A stretch of 64,000 nucleotides of DNA, taken from positions 2,432,001 to 2,496,000 of the forward strand of contig OY771587.1 of NCBI GenBank assembly GCA_963674825.1, in the 5' to 3' direction. Made by a program: the position numbers and the translations under genes. The stretch comes from Candidatus Cloacimonadales bacterium (lineage in GTDB: Bacteria; Cloacimonadota; Cloacimonadia; Cloacimonadales; JAIOQZ01). How positions within the stretch are numbered: the first letter of the stretch is position 1; each line of letters opens with the position of its first letter. Under the pieces are notes generated by a model. That model was given only the letters and a program-made list of their open reading frames with translations, did no database searches and was not told where the DNA came from. Shown here piece by piece: positions 39,438-48,656 of the stretch.

Positions 39438-40013
39438 GTGAATATGTATCATTCGATCCTGGTATCGAGCGATGACCTTTTCGAACTGTACTCGAAGAAG
39501 GGGCTCGAAAAATCGATACTGATGTTCAAAGGGGTGTTGACACAGGATATCCTTGTGTTGCTTGCAGAAATGCTGGCCAACAACCTGACGAACTTTTCGC
39601 ATTTGGGGTCAACGAAGAAGATGTTCTCGATCTTCGTTGAGCTGGCACAGAACATACACCGATATTCGGCCGAGCGTGTGGATGTTGATGGAAAAGAAGT
39701 TGGCTGCGGCATCGTTCTGGTGAATGAATATGACAGCTATTACAGTATCATCTCAGGGAATGTTATTTCCACAAATCAGATCGAAGCGCTTTCGAGCCAT
39801 CTGGAGCTGTTGAACAAAATGGATTCCGACGAGCTCAAGAAATTCCGCAAGGAGCTGCTTCGCAAAGATCGCGAGCAGGGCAAGAAAGGCGCCGGCATCG
39901 GTTTGATTGACATCGTTCGAAAAGCGAATGCGCAGATCAAGTACAAGATCAAGCCGATCCGTGACGGTGTATCGTTTATCAGTTTCTTTATTCAACTCGA
40001 TAAAGGGATATAA
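39438..40013 (+). CDS. siaB: SiaB-family protein kinase (GHKL-like)
   Basis: FSIFVELAQNIHRYS, SGN, GAGIGLIDIVRK. Start could be ATG 39444. Confidence 0.85.
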   Translation: MNMYHSILVSSDDLFELYSKKGLEKSILMFKGVLTQDILVLLAEMLANNLTNFSHLGSTKKMFSIFVELAQNIHRYSAERVDVDGKEVGCGIVLVNEYDSYYSIISGNVISTNQIEALSSHLELLNKMDSDELKKFRKELLRKDREQGKKGAGIGLIDIVRKANAQIKYKIKPIRDGVSFISFFIQLDKGI

Positions 40014-40022
40014 GGAGTCAGC

Positions 40023-40397
40023 ATGGATCGTTATATAATAGAACCAACCAAATACACGATCGAAGTGGATCTCGATCCGGCAACCGGCGTGTTTAGCCTG
40101 TCGGGCAGCTCATATCCCGAAGACGCGATGAGTTTCTTTGAGCCCATCAACGAATGGATCGAGAATTATATCAATCAGGAAAAGCGCGGCATAACGCTCA
40201 ATATACGAATGAATTATATCAATAGCAGTTCGTCTAAATGCTTCATAGACATTTTCGAGATCCTCGAAAACTACGCAACCGAAGGTGGGCAAGTGATGGT
40301 CAACTGGTACTACATGGAAGATGACGACGATATCTACGATACCGGTGAAGAACTACTTGAGGACATGGACTTTCCCCATCAGCTGATAGCATACTGA
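40023..40397 (+). CDS. siaC: SiaC-family regulatory phosphoprotein (DUF1987)
   Basis: GSSYPEDA..FFEPI..W, YINSSSSK, VNWYY..DD...TGEE. Confidence 0.9.
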   Translation: MDRYIIEPTKYTIEVDLDPATGVFSLSGSSYPEDAMSFFEPINEWIENYINQEKRGITLNIRMNYINSSSSKCFIDIFEILENYATEGGQVMVNWYYMEDDDDIYDTGEELLEDMDFPHQLIAY

Positions 40398-40418
40398 TAA
40401 ACTCAGAGGTCTTTTGCA

Positions 40419-43004
40419 TTGGAACATCGGAATATGAACGGATCTGATCAGGAAAACCCGACAGAAAAACAGGCGGTGCGGGACGATCAACTGCGGAAAT
40501 TTTACCGCAGGGAGTACGAGGTATTTCTCGATAATAAAGAAATCGAGAATCTCGACGAATTGAGCAACGAGCAGCTTAAAGACCGCTTACGGTCTCTGAG
40601 CAGAAACTACTACAAATTGCTCGTGAAGATGCTTAAGATCACCAATATCAACGACTCTGTTCAGAAGAAGCTGATCACGACACAAGATATCCTGAAAAAA
40701 CGCGATTTCGAGATCACACAGGCTATGGAAAAACTTCGTGACGAAGAAGAGAAGCTTCGCGTCGTTTTCGATAACGCGATTGTTGGTATCCTGATGATCG
40801 ATCGAGACAGCCGTATCGTATTCACAAACAGCAATTTCAATGACATGCTCGGTTACGAACTGGATGAGACGTCGGAGCTTTGCTACGATATGATCATCCA
40901 TAAAGACGATATAGAGCATAATCGCCTCTGCTTCCAGCAACTGCTGGAAGGAAAGCTGAGCAGGTTCCGTAACCAGAACCGCTTTGTTCGAAAGAACGGT
41001 ACGACATTCTGGGGTGATTTCTCGGTTTCACCGATTTTCGACGCCGAGCAGCGCTTCACGTCCGCAATCGGTATCATTGCCGATATCGATGAACGTGTGC
41101 GAGCAGAAGAACAGCTCAAAGAGTCGTATCGCAAGCTCAAGACCGCTCAGGAAGAGATCATCCAGCTCGAAAAGAAGAACTCTGCCTTCGCGATGGCGGT
41201 AACGGCCAACCATGAGATCAACCAGCCGTTGATGATCCTGCGTGGTAATCTCGAGATGCTGGAAATGAGCATTGCTCCGGGTAATATCGATCCCAAACAG
41301 AAGCGTTATATCGCACGGGTGCTCAGTTCGATGGAGCGCATCCAGTCGATCCTGGACAAATTCAAGCAATCGACGGCAATTCGGTTCGAAAACTACAGCG
41401 AGAATACACCGATGGTGGTGTTCTCAGATCAGGATGAGCAGAAAGAGGATCTGGACTGGCAGGATGTCCTACTGGAAAACAACAACCTCTTCTATTCGCT
41501 TGCGCAGAACGCACAGGCAATTTTCTTCCGGATGTCACTGCACGACGGCATGCTGGAATACATTAGCCCATCAGTGGAGGAAATGACTGGCTACTCACAG
41601 GAAGAATGCTATGAGAAGCCGTACTTCCTGAACAGCATCATCCACCCCGACTGGAAAGAGCACTTCAGCGTCATCTGGGCGAACATCATCATGGGTAAGA
41701 TCAATCCCTACGATGAATTCGCCATCCAGACCAAAGACGGTGATACCATATGGATACTCCTCTATCTCGCTGTGATCGACGACATTCTGTCCGATCCGGT
41801 GGCTGTCGAGGGTATCATCACGGATATTACGGAGAAGAAACGTGTGCTCCGGACGCTCTCGGAGGAACGGGATATCTTCATGGAAGGCCCGGTAACGACG
41901 TTCAAGTGGCGCTCGCTAGAAAGTGGGCTGTTCCTGGAATACGTCTCTCCCAATATCAGTAAATACGGCTATATGCCTGAAGATCTGGTTGGAAAAGACT
42001 ACGATGAATGGCTCAAGATTGTTCACCCGGACGATGTCGACAAGATCCCTGAGAAAAATTCGAGGGTCTTCGATATGGTGCGAAATATTCACTCTGCCGA
42101 GTATCGTATCGTAGGGCCGGCCGGACAGGTCAATTGGGTTTATGATCTCACGGGAGCAGTTCGCAGCAATCTGGATAGGGTCGAAGAGTTTTTTGGTTAC
42201 ATCTTGGATATTACAGACAGGAAGAACGCGGAGCTGGAGCTGCAACGAAACGAGCATCAGCTGCGTGAAGCAAATGCTGCCAAGGATAAATTCTTCTCAA
42301 TCATCGCCCACGACCTGCGAGGTCCATTCAGTTCACTAATGGGATCCGCAGAGCTTCTATATACCTTCTACGATCGGTTTGATGACGAAAAACGGAGCAA
42401 TCAGGCACGGAGGATCTTCACATCCGCCAGTCAGGTAAACAACCTGTTGGATAATCTTCTGGAGTGGTCTATCAGCCAGTCCGGCAACATCATTATCAAT
42501 GCTGAGCTTATCAAGGCACGAGGTGTTGCAGATGAGATTATCTCACTTCTGAACATCAATGCCGAGTCAAAGGGCATCATTCTACGCGCTGAAATACCGG
42601 AGTCCCAGACTGTATTCTGCGATCGCAATATGTTCCACACGATTCTGCGAAATCTGGTATCAAATGCGATTAAATTTACCTCTAAAGGTGGAAGCGTGAC
42701 GGTACGCTGCTGTGAGAATGGCGAGTTGGTCGAATTCTGTGTACAGGATACCGGCACCGGAATGCCACTCGAAAAGGTTGCGCAGCTATTTGATCCGGAA
42801 CGAACGCTTTCCACGGTGGGAACAGCCAAAGAAACCGGTACTGGATTGGGTTTGCTGCTCTGCAAAGAATTTGTGGAGAAAAACGGTGGTGCGATCCGGG
42901 TTGAGTCTGAGGAAGGAAAAGGAAGCGAATTTTGTTTCTCCCTGCCTCGGGAGAATCCACAACTTGCTATTGCTGAGAAAGATAGCGGGATAGCTGGCGA
43001 ATAA
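40419..43004 (+). CDS. Cytoplasmic PAS histidine kinase: SiaD-like N-terminal helix, PAS, orphan HisKA, PAS, PAS, HisKA, HATPase_c
   Basis: Three PAS/PAC units; H-box 1 TANHEINQPL; H-box 2 IAHDLRGPF; NLVSNAIKFT, DTGTG, GTGLGL. Confidence 0.9.
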   Translation: MEHRNMNGSDQENPTEKQAVRDDQLRKFYRREYEVFLDNKEIENLDELSNEQLKDRLRSLSRNYYKLLVKMLKITNINDSVQKKLITTQDILKKRDFEITQAMEKLRDEEEKLRVVFDNAIVGILMIDRDSRIVFTNSNFNDMLGYELDETSELCYDMIIHKDDIEHNRLCFQQLLEGKLSRFRNQNRFVRKNGTTFWGDFSVSPIFDAEQRFTSAIGIIADIDERVRAEEQLKESYRKLKTAQEEIIQLEKKNSAFAMAVTANHEINQPLMILRGNLEMLEMSIAPGNIDPKQKRYIARVLSSMERIQSILDKFKQSTAIRFENYSENTPMVVFSDQDEQKEDLDWQDVLLENNNLFYSLAQNAQAIFFRMSLHDGMLEYISPSVEEMTGYSQEECYEKPYFLNSIIHPDWKEHFSVIWANIIMGKINPYDEFAIQTKDGDTIWILLYLAVIDDILSDPVAVEGIITDITEKKRVLRTLSEERDIFMEGPVTTFKWRSLESGLFLEYVSPNISKYGYMPEDLVGKDYDEWLKIVHPDDVDKIPEKNSRVFDMVRNIHSAEYRIVGPAGQVNWVYDLTGAVRSNLDRVEEFFGYILDITDRKNAELELQRNEHQLREANAAKDKFFSIIAHDLRGPFSSLMGSAELLYTFYDRFDDEKRSNQARRIFTSASQVNNLLDNLLEWSISQSGNIIINAELIKARGVADEIISLLNINAESKGIILRAEIPESQTVFCDRNMFHTILRNLVSNAIKFTSKGGSVTVRCCENGELVEFCVQDTGTGMPLEKVAQLFDPERTLSTVGTAKETGTGLGLLLCKEFVEKNGGAIRVESEEGKGSEFCFSLPRENPQLAIAEKDSGIAGE

Positions 43005-46000
43005 GCTCTTTCAGGGTAAACGGTTTCGCAAGACATCCATCGAATCCCATCTGAGAGAAACTCTCTGACGACATTCCAGGCATTGCGACTGTCATTGCGA
43101 TGATTTTCGTGTCCGCAAGTTTCGCTCTGATCTGGTCGATAACATTCTGAACATCCATTCCGGGCAGGTCGCTGCTGTACATAATGAGGTCAGGCTTTTT
43201 CTCGATCGCCAACCGAAGGGCTTCTTCCGCAACGATTGCTTCATACAGCACAATAGGCTGCTTTTCCAATGTATCATGGATGATGCGGCGGTTTTCGTCT
43301 GATTCATCAGCAACCAGGATAGTAGCAGGAACGAATCGGATGGTGTTTATATTATTCTCCTGTGACTCGATGAATCCCGGGATATCGGAGCATATTTCGA
43401 CTTCTTTGAACAGAATTTCGAATCTTGAGCCCTCTTCCTGTGTGCTTTGCACCTGAATCGTACCGTTCATGAGTTCAACGAATCTCTTGGTGATCGTCAA
43501 GCCTAATCCAGTGCCTTTCGATATATTATCAGAATAAACAAGTTCCTGGTAGAATGGGTCGAAAATTTTCTCCCGATTTTCTTCCTTGATTCCGATCCCT
43601 GTATCTTCCACTGAAATCGCGAGGTCAAAATGGTTGTCATTACGGCTGTGAACTCTGGCTTCGATGATTACCGATCCCCGTTGTGTGAATTTCACGGCAT
43701 TGCTGATCAGATTGAGCAATATCTGCCGCATCCTCGTAGCGTCCAGAACGATAAAGTCCGGAATATCCGGGTCAATGTTTGTAAGTATCTGTATATTCTT
43801 CTTGTGGGCTCGTATCGCGGAAAGCGTGACAACTTCCTTGATGAGATCGGGAATTGACAGAGGGCCATATTGAAGCGTGAAAAGCCCCGCTTCAATCTTC
43901 GAGAGATCCAGAACTTCATTGATGATTGTAAGCAGGCTATTACCTCCAATCTGGATTGCCTGAATATATTCCTGAAGATTTTCGTCATCGACAAGTGTGT
44001 TCAGAAGGTCTGCAAAGCCGAGTACGGCATGGAGTGGCGTCCTGATTTCATGGCTCATATTGGCAAGAAACTCGCTCTTGGCTTTGTTCGCCTGATCGGC
44101 CTTGTAACGAGCTTCCTGAAGGGCTTTAGCGATGCGCTTTGCTTCGGTGATGTCGCGCACTGTCGCCTGTAAAACCTCACGGTTTTCAAGCTGGAAACGG
44201 GTCAACCATATCTCGGCGGGGAATATCTCACCATTCAAGCGCTTATGAACCCATTCGAATTTGGCATAACCGTTCGTGAAGGCTTCTTCTATTCGCTTCA
44301 TGGACAGGGGATAGGAATCCTCCCCATTCGGTTGCTGAGGTGGAGAGAAATCAGCCGGATGCGTACCGATGAAGTGGTTCTTATCATCTGTGCCGTAAAT
44401 CGTCACGGTCTGTTGATTACAGTCGAAGAATCCGTTTCGGTCAAGGAGCATGATCGCATCCATGGATGATTCAAACAGCGTGCGATACTTGACTTCGTTT
44501 TCGGAGATATCCTGCATGAGCTTGCGGATATCTGAAACGTCTTCCAGCTTCACAAGGATGTCGTCTGAGTTAGAGCCATCGCTGAATCTGAGCAAAGTAT
44601 ATTCAAACCAGCGTTTTTCTCCGGAGTGCAGTGTCTCCAAGACTGGTTGTTTGATGACGGGCTTACGTTCTTCTTTCAGAATTTTGACCAGCGTGACAAA
44701 GTGCTCAAATTCCTGGAAAGGCCAGATATTCTCGATCGTTGTTTTTTTATCGATTCTGGACGGTAGAGATGCCAGGCTGCTGAATGCCTGATTACAGCCG
44801 AGAAGGTTGCTATTCGAGTCTTGCCAAAAAATGTTGATAGGCAGCATGTTGATGATGCTTTTCATCAACGACTGTGTCTGCTGAAAGCGGTTTTTTATAT
44901 CTTGCTGATCACTGATATCGCGAATCATAAAGAATGCGTTTCCGCTTTCCTGGTTATAGACCGCGTTGACGGTGAGGAATCGATCGGTGTTCTCCCAATA
45001 TATTTCCTCTTCTTCCAAATGATGGCTGGTGATGAGTTCCTGGACGAGATTTCTGTCTTTTGGGTGCAGGAAATCCTCGAGATTGAACCATTTATTCATC
45101 TCCGTATGCGAGCTATACCCCAGGATCATGAAGAGTTTGGGATTCTGCTTGATAATCGTGAGTGTATCTACCCGGGCAGTAAGGAACCCATAATGTTCGG
45201 ATGTGAAAAGTAAGTCCTCCTGCATGTCCACTTCAGTTTCATGCAGGAATACTTTACGGTCTTCATCACATGAATTCGTAGTTTTCGTGTCATCCTCTGA
45301 TTCGCGAATGAGCTCCAGAAATTGCTGATCGTTCTTGCGTTTGTTTAGTGCCTCAAGTTGCTCATATATATCAAGATAAGCCTTCAGGTAGCGGTAGGCC
45401 TTCGCGGGATTATCGATCTTCTCGTAGGCTTTGGAGAGGATTTTATGGATCTCCATCATGCGCGGCATAGCAATACTGTCGTCGTTACTCTGAATGAATG
45501 CCTGAAGCAAGCTGATACTGCGTAACGGGTGATAGCCGCTATAATGTGGATCGAGAAAAAGCTTTGCCATGGCAATGGTGATGAGCTGCTCACCGCTGTG
45601 ATTCTGGATTGCTTTGAACATGGAAAGGCTTTTGTTGTACTGCTCCATTGCCTGATCGTATTGCTTCATCTCGTGCAGTAGTCTGCCGATGTTACCATTC
45701 ATGAGGGCGATACTTTCGGGTTGATTGACCCGGGATGCCTCCTCGACAGCAAGTTCGTAATATCGCATGGCGAGTTTGTACTGCTGTTGTTGATGATAAA
45801 CGATCCCGAGGTTCCCTGTAGCGCTTGCAATCATTCTGCCATCGGAAACCTCTTGAGCGATAGAGAGCGCTTCCTTGTGGTAGGCGATTGCTTTTTCATA
45901 TTCGCCCAATTTCTGATACGCGACACCAGTGTTGTTTAATAGCTGGCTGGTGCATTTCCGTTGTTTTTGTTCGCGGCAAAGAGCCAGGCAGCGCAGGAAA

Positions 46001-46515
46001 ATGATCAGCCCAGACTCGATGTCACCTTTATTGGTAGCAAGGATGCCGATCTTCTTCATATGCTCGATCTGCTCAGGTATGAGGTTATTGCGTTGGTACA
46101 ATTCGAGCGCGGCATAGTAGTCATTGATTGCCTGCGTGAAGTTCGAGCTTATGTAATTGAGCCGAGACGAGAGGGACAGAATATTGGCTCGAAGTTCGTC
46201 GTCGAGGCGATCGCTATCGAGCTTGCGAAGCTGCACCATGGCTTGAATTGCTTCCGATTCGAGTCCTTGGAGGATTTTCGCTTCGATGATAAGCATAAGG
46301 GCGTTGGCGAGGCATTTGATGCGATTATACTGTAATGATAAATCACGCGCTTCGGAAGCGTATTGCAGCGAAATGCTCGTGTAGCTCCCATATTCTTTGG
46401 CCAGTAGCAAAAGAATTGGTATTCGGTCAGCGCCCTGCTTGTTTTCGAGATCGCCCGTCAGATTCTGGATATTGACCTGATCAGGATTGATGTCGCATTG
46501 CTCGAATGTTGACAT
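42967..46515 (-). CDS. TPR-PAS hybrid sensor histidine kinase with C-terminal atypical receiver domain
   Basis: TPR array; PAS domains; MSHEIRTPL; NLISNAVKFT; GTGLGL; REC-like C-terminus ending AKPF. 38-nt convergent overlap with the upstream kinase. Confidence 0.92.
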   Translation of the reverse strand: MSTFEQCDINPDQVNIQNLTGDLENKQGADRIPILLLLAKEYGSYTSISLQYASEARDLSLQYNRIKCLANALMLIIEAKILQGLESEAIQAMVQLRKLDSDRLDDELRANILSLSSRLNYISSNFTQAINDYYAALELYQRNNLIPEQIEHMKKIGILATNKGDIESGLIIFLRCLALCREQKQRKCTSQLLNNTGVAYQKLGEYEKAIAYHKEALSIAQEVSDGRMIASATGNLGIVYHQQQQYKLAMRYYELAVEEASRVNQPESIALMNGNIGRLLHEMKQYDQAMEQYNKSLSMFKAIQNHSGEQLITIAMAKLFLDPHYSGYHPLRSISLLQAFIQSNDDSIAMPRMMEIHKILSKAYEKIDNPAKAYRYLKAYLDIYEQLEALNKRKNDQQFLELIRESEDDTKTTNSCDEDRKVFLHETEVDMQEDLLFTSEHYGFLTARVDTLTIIKQNPKLFMILGYSSHTEMNKWFNLEDFLHPKDRNLVQELITSHHLEEEEIYWENTDRFLTVNAVYNQESGNAFFMIRDISDQQDIKNRFQQTQSLMKSIINMLPINIFWQDSNSNLLGCNQAFSSLASLPSRIDKKTTIENIWPFQEFEHFVTLVKILKEERKPVIKQPVLETLHSGEKRWFEYTLLRFSDGSNSDDILVKLEDVSDIRKLMQDISENEVKYRTLFESSMDAIMLLDRNGFFDCNQQTVTIYGTDDKNHFIGTHPADFSPPQQPNGEDSYPLSMKRIEEAFTNGYAKFEWVHKRLNGEIFPAEIWLTRFQLENREVLQATVRDITEAKRIAKALQEARYKADQANKAKSEFLANMSHEIRTPLHAVLGFADLLNTLVDDENLQEYIQAIQIGGNSLLTIINEVLDLSKIEAGLFTLQYGPLSIPDLIKEVVTLSAIRAHKKNIQILTNIDPDIPDFIVLDATRMRQILLNLISNAVKFTQRGSVIIEARVHSRNDNHFDLAISVEDTGIGIKEENREKIFDPFYQELVYSDNISKGTGLGLTITKRFVELMNGTIQVQSTQEEGSRFEILFKEVEICSDIPGFIESQENNINTIRFVPATILVADESDENRRIIHDTLEKQPIVLYEAIVAEEALRLAIEKKPDLIMYSSDLPGMDVQNVIDQIRAKLADTKIIAMTVAMPGMSSESFSQMGFDGCLAKPFTLKELIRQLSRYLSQQ

Positions 46516-46538
46516 AATCCACCCCTTGTCACAAGGTG

Positions 46539-46567
46539 ATATTAATGGACTGTCATAAAACTGTCAA
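46539..46567 (-). promoter_or_regulatory. Sigma70-type promoter for the TPR-PAS kinase with an overlapping direct repeat
   Basis: Minus strand TTGACA-17 nt-TAATAT; TGACAG is repeated at 11-nt spacing. Confidence 0.6.
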
Positions 46568-46601
46568 AGAAAAAAAGCCGAGACGCAATTTGTGACAAAT
46601 A

Positions 46602-47438
46602 CTATTCCAGCAATTCCTCAATAGCTTTGATCTTGTCGATCACGTTGTGCAGGATTCGATCCAGGTCGTTACTGTGGATTTTGTAACGCATGAGCAGCTT
46701 CTGGTGGCCTTTGTAGTGTAATCCGTCTTTCTGGGACGATTTACCGATGATCATCGATAGGTAATCGGCAAGAGCGGTGAGATTAACGTATGGGTTGTCG
46801 AGCTTTTCTGGCGCGTGATGATGGCGTGCGGCAAGAACGACATCTTCTGGGAAATTCCAGTCGCGCAGTACCTTGGCGCTGACATCGGAGTGGGTAAATC
46901 CAAGGACTTTTCGTTCGGCGGTAAGGAAATCGACGTGTTCTTCCTGTATCATTTTGAGCATTGTTTTATATTCTTCATGAACGTACTGGCTCAGTACAAT
47001 TTTGCCGATATCGTGAAGGAGATTGGCTGTATATAGAACCGAGGTGTCAATTTGTGGCTCCAGAAATTGCAATTCGATGCCCAGAATTGCCACCGCTAAG
47101 CTGTGCTCCCAGAGTTCTCCAGGATAGGATTCGTATCCATCGATCATTTCGTTGAAGTAAGGTTTCGCAGCAGATTTCATGATGATTTCGTTCATCTCTT
47201 CCAAGCCGATGATACTCATGGCGAGGCGAAGATCGGTGATGGTGCGTGCGGTTGTGTACTTGGCAGAATTAGCCACGCGCAGGATATTCGCCGTCAGGGA
47301 GGCATCAACATGAACGATATCCGCAAGTTCCTGCATTGTAAAGTCTTGCTTCTTCAGTATCTCGGTCGCTTTATTAGCTACCTTGCTGAAAGGCGGTAGC
47401 ATTTCGATTTTAGACATCATATCTTTGATCGATATCAT
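46602..47438 (-). CDS. Stand-alone HDOD-domain protein
   Basis: LPPFS...DASLTANILRVANSA...LWEHSLAVA...LLHDIGKIVL...H..VSAKVLRDWNFP...HHH. Confidence 0.9.
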   Translation of the reverse strand: MISIKDMMSKIEMLPPFSKVANKATEILKKQDFTMQELADIVHVDASLTANILRVANSAKYTTARTITDLRLAMSIIGLEEMNEIIMKSAAKPYFNEMIDGYESYPGELWEHSLAVAILGIELQFLEPQIDTSVLYTANLLHDIGKIVLSQYVHEEYKTMLKMIQEEHVDFLTAERKVLGFTHSDVSAKVLRDWNFPEDVVLAARHHHAPEKLDNPYVNLTALADYLSMIIGKSSQKDGLHYKGHQKLLMRYKIHSNDLDRILHNVIDKIKAIEELLE

Positions 47439-47539
47439 GGGTTCTCCTTCACCTCGTGGTATCTATAGTGACAATATAAAGGATGTTTCAGGCATGTAAA
47501 TCACGAATCAATATTTTTTTTTCGTCAAATCTTTTTCTT

Positions 47540-47568
47540 TTGACAAATCCTGATACATATCTTATCAT
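47540..47568 (+). promoter_or_regulatory. Sigma70-type promoter
   Basis: TTGACA-17 nt-TATCAT, 35 nt upstream of the ATG at 47604. Confidence 0.7.
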
Positions 47569-47603
47569 CTGTACCAAGAACCTTTTCCTTCGGAGGCCGC
47601 GTC

Positions 47604-48455
47604 ATGAGACCTTTACTTATAGCTTTTCTGCTGATACTTACGCTTGCTTTTACATCATGTACGATCAAGTTTGAAAACAGTGATGGCGATTCAAAAACAG
47701 ATTTCTGGAAAGGCAATTACTTTGTACAGGAGAACGTGAAGACTGTTCCGGAAAACCAGGATCACGTAGAAGCTGAGATCGAAGACGAATGGCACTCGTA
47801 TGATCTTCAGAATTTCACTGAAAGCTTCATGGCCTGGAATCTCAAGAGTCGCAAGGAGACACTGGAAGGATTCATGATGCATCCCCCCAAGCCACCGAGA
47901 CTCGCCGGACCGCACAATGGAATGGTGGCCACATGGGGCAACCGAAGGGATGACAGCCAGTTCAGCCTCAATAACGCTGTAAAAGGTATGGGATTCTGTC
48001 CGAAAGAATCAACCATCGAAGCCATGATCCAAAAAATGAATGACACCATGCAGGCGCCGTTTCAAGAGAAACTCGACGTGCTGATGGATTTCTATAACAA
48101 CGCAGATTCGCTCTTCTACCTCGATCGACAGATCTCTCTCGAACTCTACTCCACGCCCGAATTCGAAACGCAATCCTTTCTCAACCAGATGACCTATCCT
48201 GTCTCAACTGTCGTATTTCTGGACATCCCATCCTACAAACTGAAAACGATTACACGTCTACTGCATCCGCAAGATCCCAACCTGACCAGGCAAGAGAAGC
48301 TGCTGGTCGATTACGTCAATATCATTCACAGCTATTTCCATGGCGAATTCGACAAGGAATTCTCCGCTGTGATCTACTATGTCGTCGAAATCTACGATAA
48401 CTCACCCGGTAAACCCGACGCGCGCGGAACGCGCCTGATGCCTCCTCTGCCATAA
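47604..48455 (+). CDS. Hypothetical lipoprotein
   Basis: Lipobox LAFTSC; 283-aa ORF with its own promoter; family not confidently recognised. Confidence 0.7.
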   Translation: MRPLLIAFLLILTLAFTSCTIKFENSDGDSKTDFWKGNYFVQENVKTVPENQDHVEAEIEDEWHSYDLQNFTESFMAWNLKSRKETLEGFMMHPPKPPRLAGPHNGMVATWGNRRDDSQFSLNNAVKGMGFCPKESTIEAMIQKMNDTMQAPFQEKLDVLMDFYNNADSLFYLDRQISLELYSTPEFETQSFLNQMTYPVSTVVFLDIPSYKLKTITRLLHPQDPNLTRQEKLLVDYVNIIHSYFHGEFDKEFSAVIYYVVEIYDNSPGKPDARGTRLMPPLP

Positions 48456-48656
48456 ATTGATCGATCCGGAGTAACGGAAAAGCGAAAAAAGTTAGATTCT
48501 GGTAATTAGCACTGGCAAAAGCGCTTGGCAAGCGCACTGAGGCTTAAATTGAATAGTATTAAATATTGACGCTATAAAATATTTTTGTTGACAAATAGTT
48601 TTGCATATATTGTCGTTTGAATGAACGATTACAAATGACAATACAACGGAGGTGAG

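Noticed and set aside
48512..48530. Sigma54 promoter upstream of the mbx-like operon (TGGCAAAAGCGCTTGGC)
   Set aside because: The spacing is wrong and there is no GC at -12.
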